64,000 bases of DNA, taken from the NCBI GenBank assembly GCA_963806535.1, contig CAWDYC010000007.1:333043-397042 (forward strand). Direction: 5' to 3'. Below the pieces are notes generated by a model that did not search any database, had not been told where the DNA came from, and saw only the letters and a program-made list of their open reading frames with translations. Of this stretch, positions 63,703-64,000 are shown in pieces (the stretch's first letter is position 1; every line of letters starts with the position of its first letter). A program made the translations under genes and the position numbers. This DNA is from Candidatus Bathyarchaeota archaeon (GTDB lineage: Archaea > Thermoproteota > Bathyarchaeia > Bathyarchaeales > Bathycorpusculaceae).

Positions 63703-64000
63703 TATGAATTTTGATCCTCATGACCACCTTTTTATGGGCAGGTTGCCTCTTTCATCAGCGTTTTATCAAGCGAGCAAGTTTAATCATCCAGAAAATAGTT
63801 TTTTTTGCAGGTAAAGCCATTTGATTTTACAGTACCCAGAAAGATATAGTGACCGCGATGGCAAGCAAATGCAAATGCTCCTGTTGAGTCGGGATGCCCA
63901 TGAATTCTGGAAGTTGAGCTGGCCAGCTTTGAATATGATTTGAATGCGCAAAAATCTTTTAGAAAGCGTAAACTGTCGCCCAACAGTTTCTTGAAAAAAC

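Noticed and set aside
63780-64000. Minus-strand ORF at the window end
   Set aside because: Truncated context and no recognisable motif in any frame

Overview
Archaeal chromosomal window, most consistent with a TACK lineage such as Bathyarchaeia (inferred from PolD DP1/DP2 together with Elf1, Sec61beta, GGGP synthase and Cdc6 with ORB boxes). 1-3.1 kb holds an orphan terminase module. 3.2-40.6 kb is mostly core genome: NAD kinase, Nob1, PolD, NadE, a likely replication origin beside cdc6, pyrE, ahcY, and an aconitase-IDH-ATP citrate lyase operon. 40.7-64 kb is accessory: a wH-less Cdc6 paralogue; a HEPN-motif gene and a five-gene HD-dNTPase/Panacea-like/PD-(D/E)XK block separated by three co-oriented tRNA-3'-end-like scars; a urease/urea-transporter/Amt/aquaporin block bracketed by an IS1182-family element and a matching 130-bp MITE; then more tRNA-end fragments. 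The best candidates for undescribed systems are (i) the scar-delimited putative defence cassettes and (ii) three uncharacterised DNA-binding genes beside oriC, one apparently membrane-anchored, embedded in dense TCAC-repeat arrays. Several essential genes are broken by single-base indels, so the assembly probably has long-read errors and frameshifts should not be read as real pseudogenes. All family calls come from recognising motifs by eye; no database search was run.
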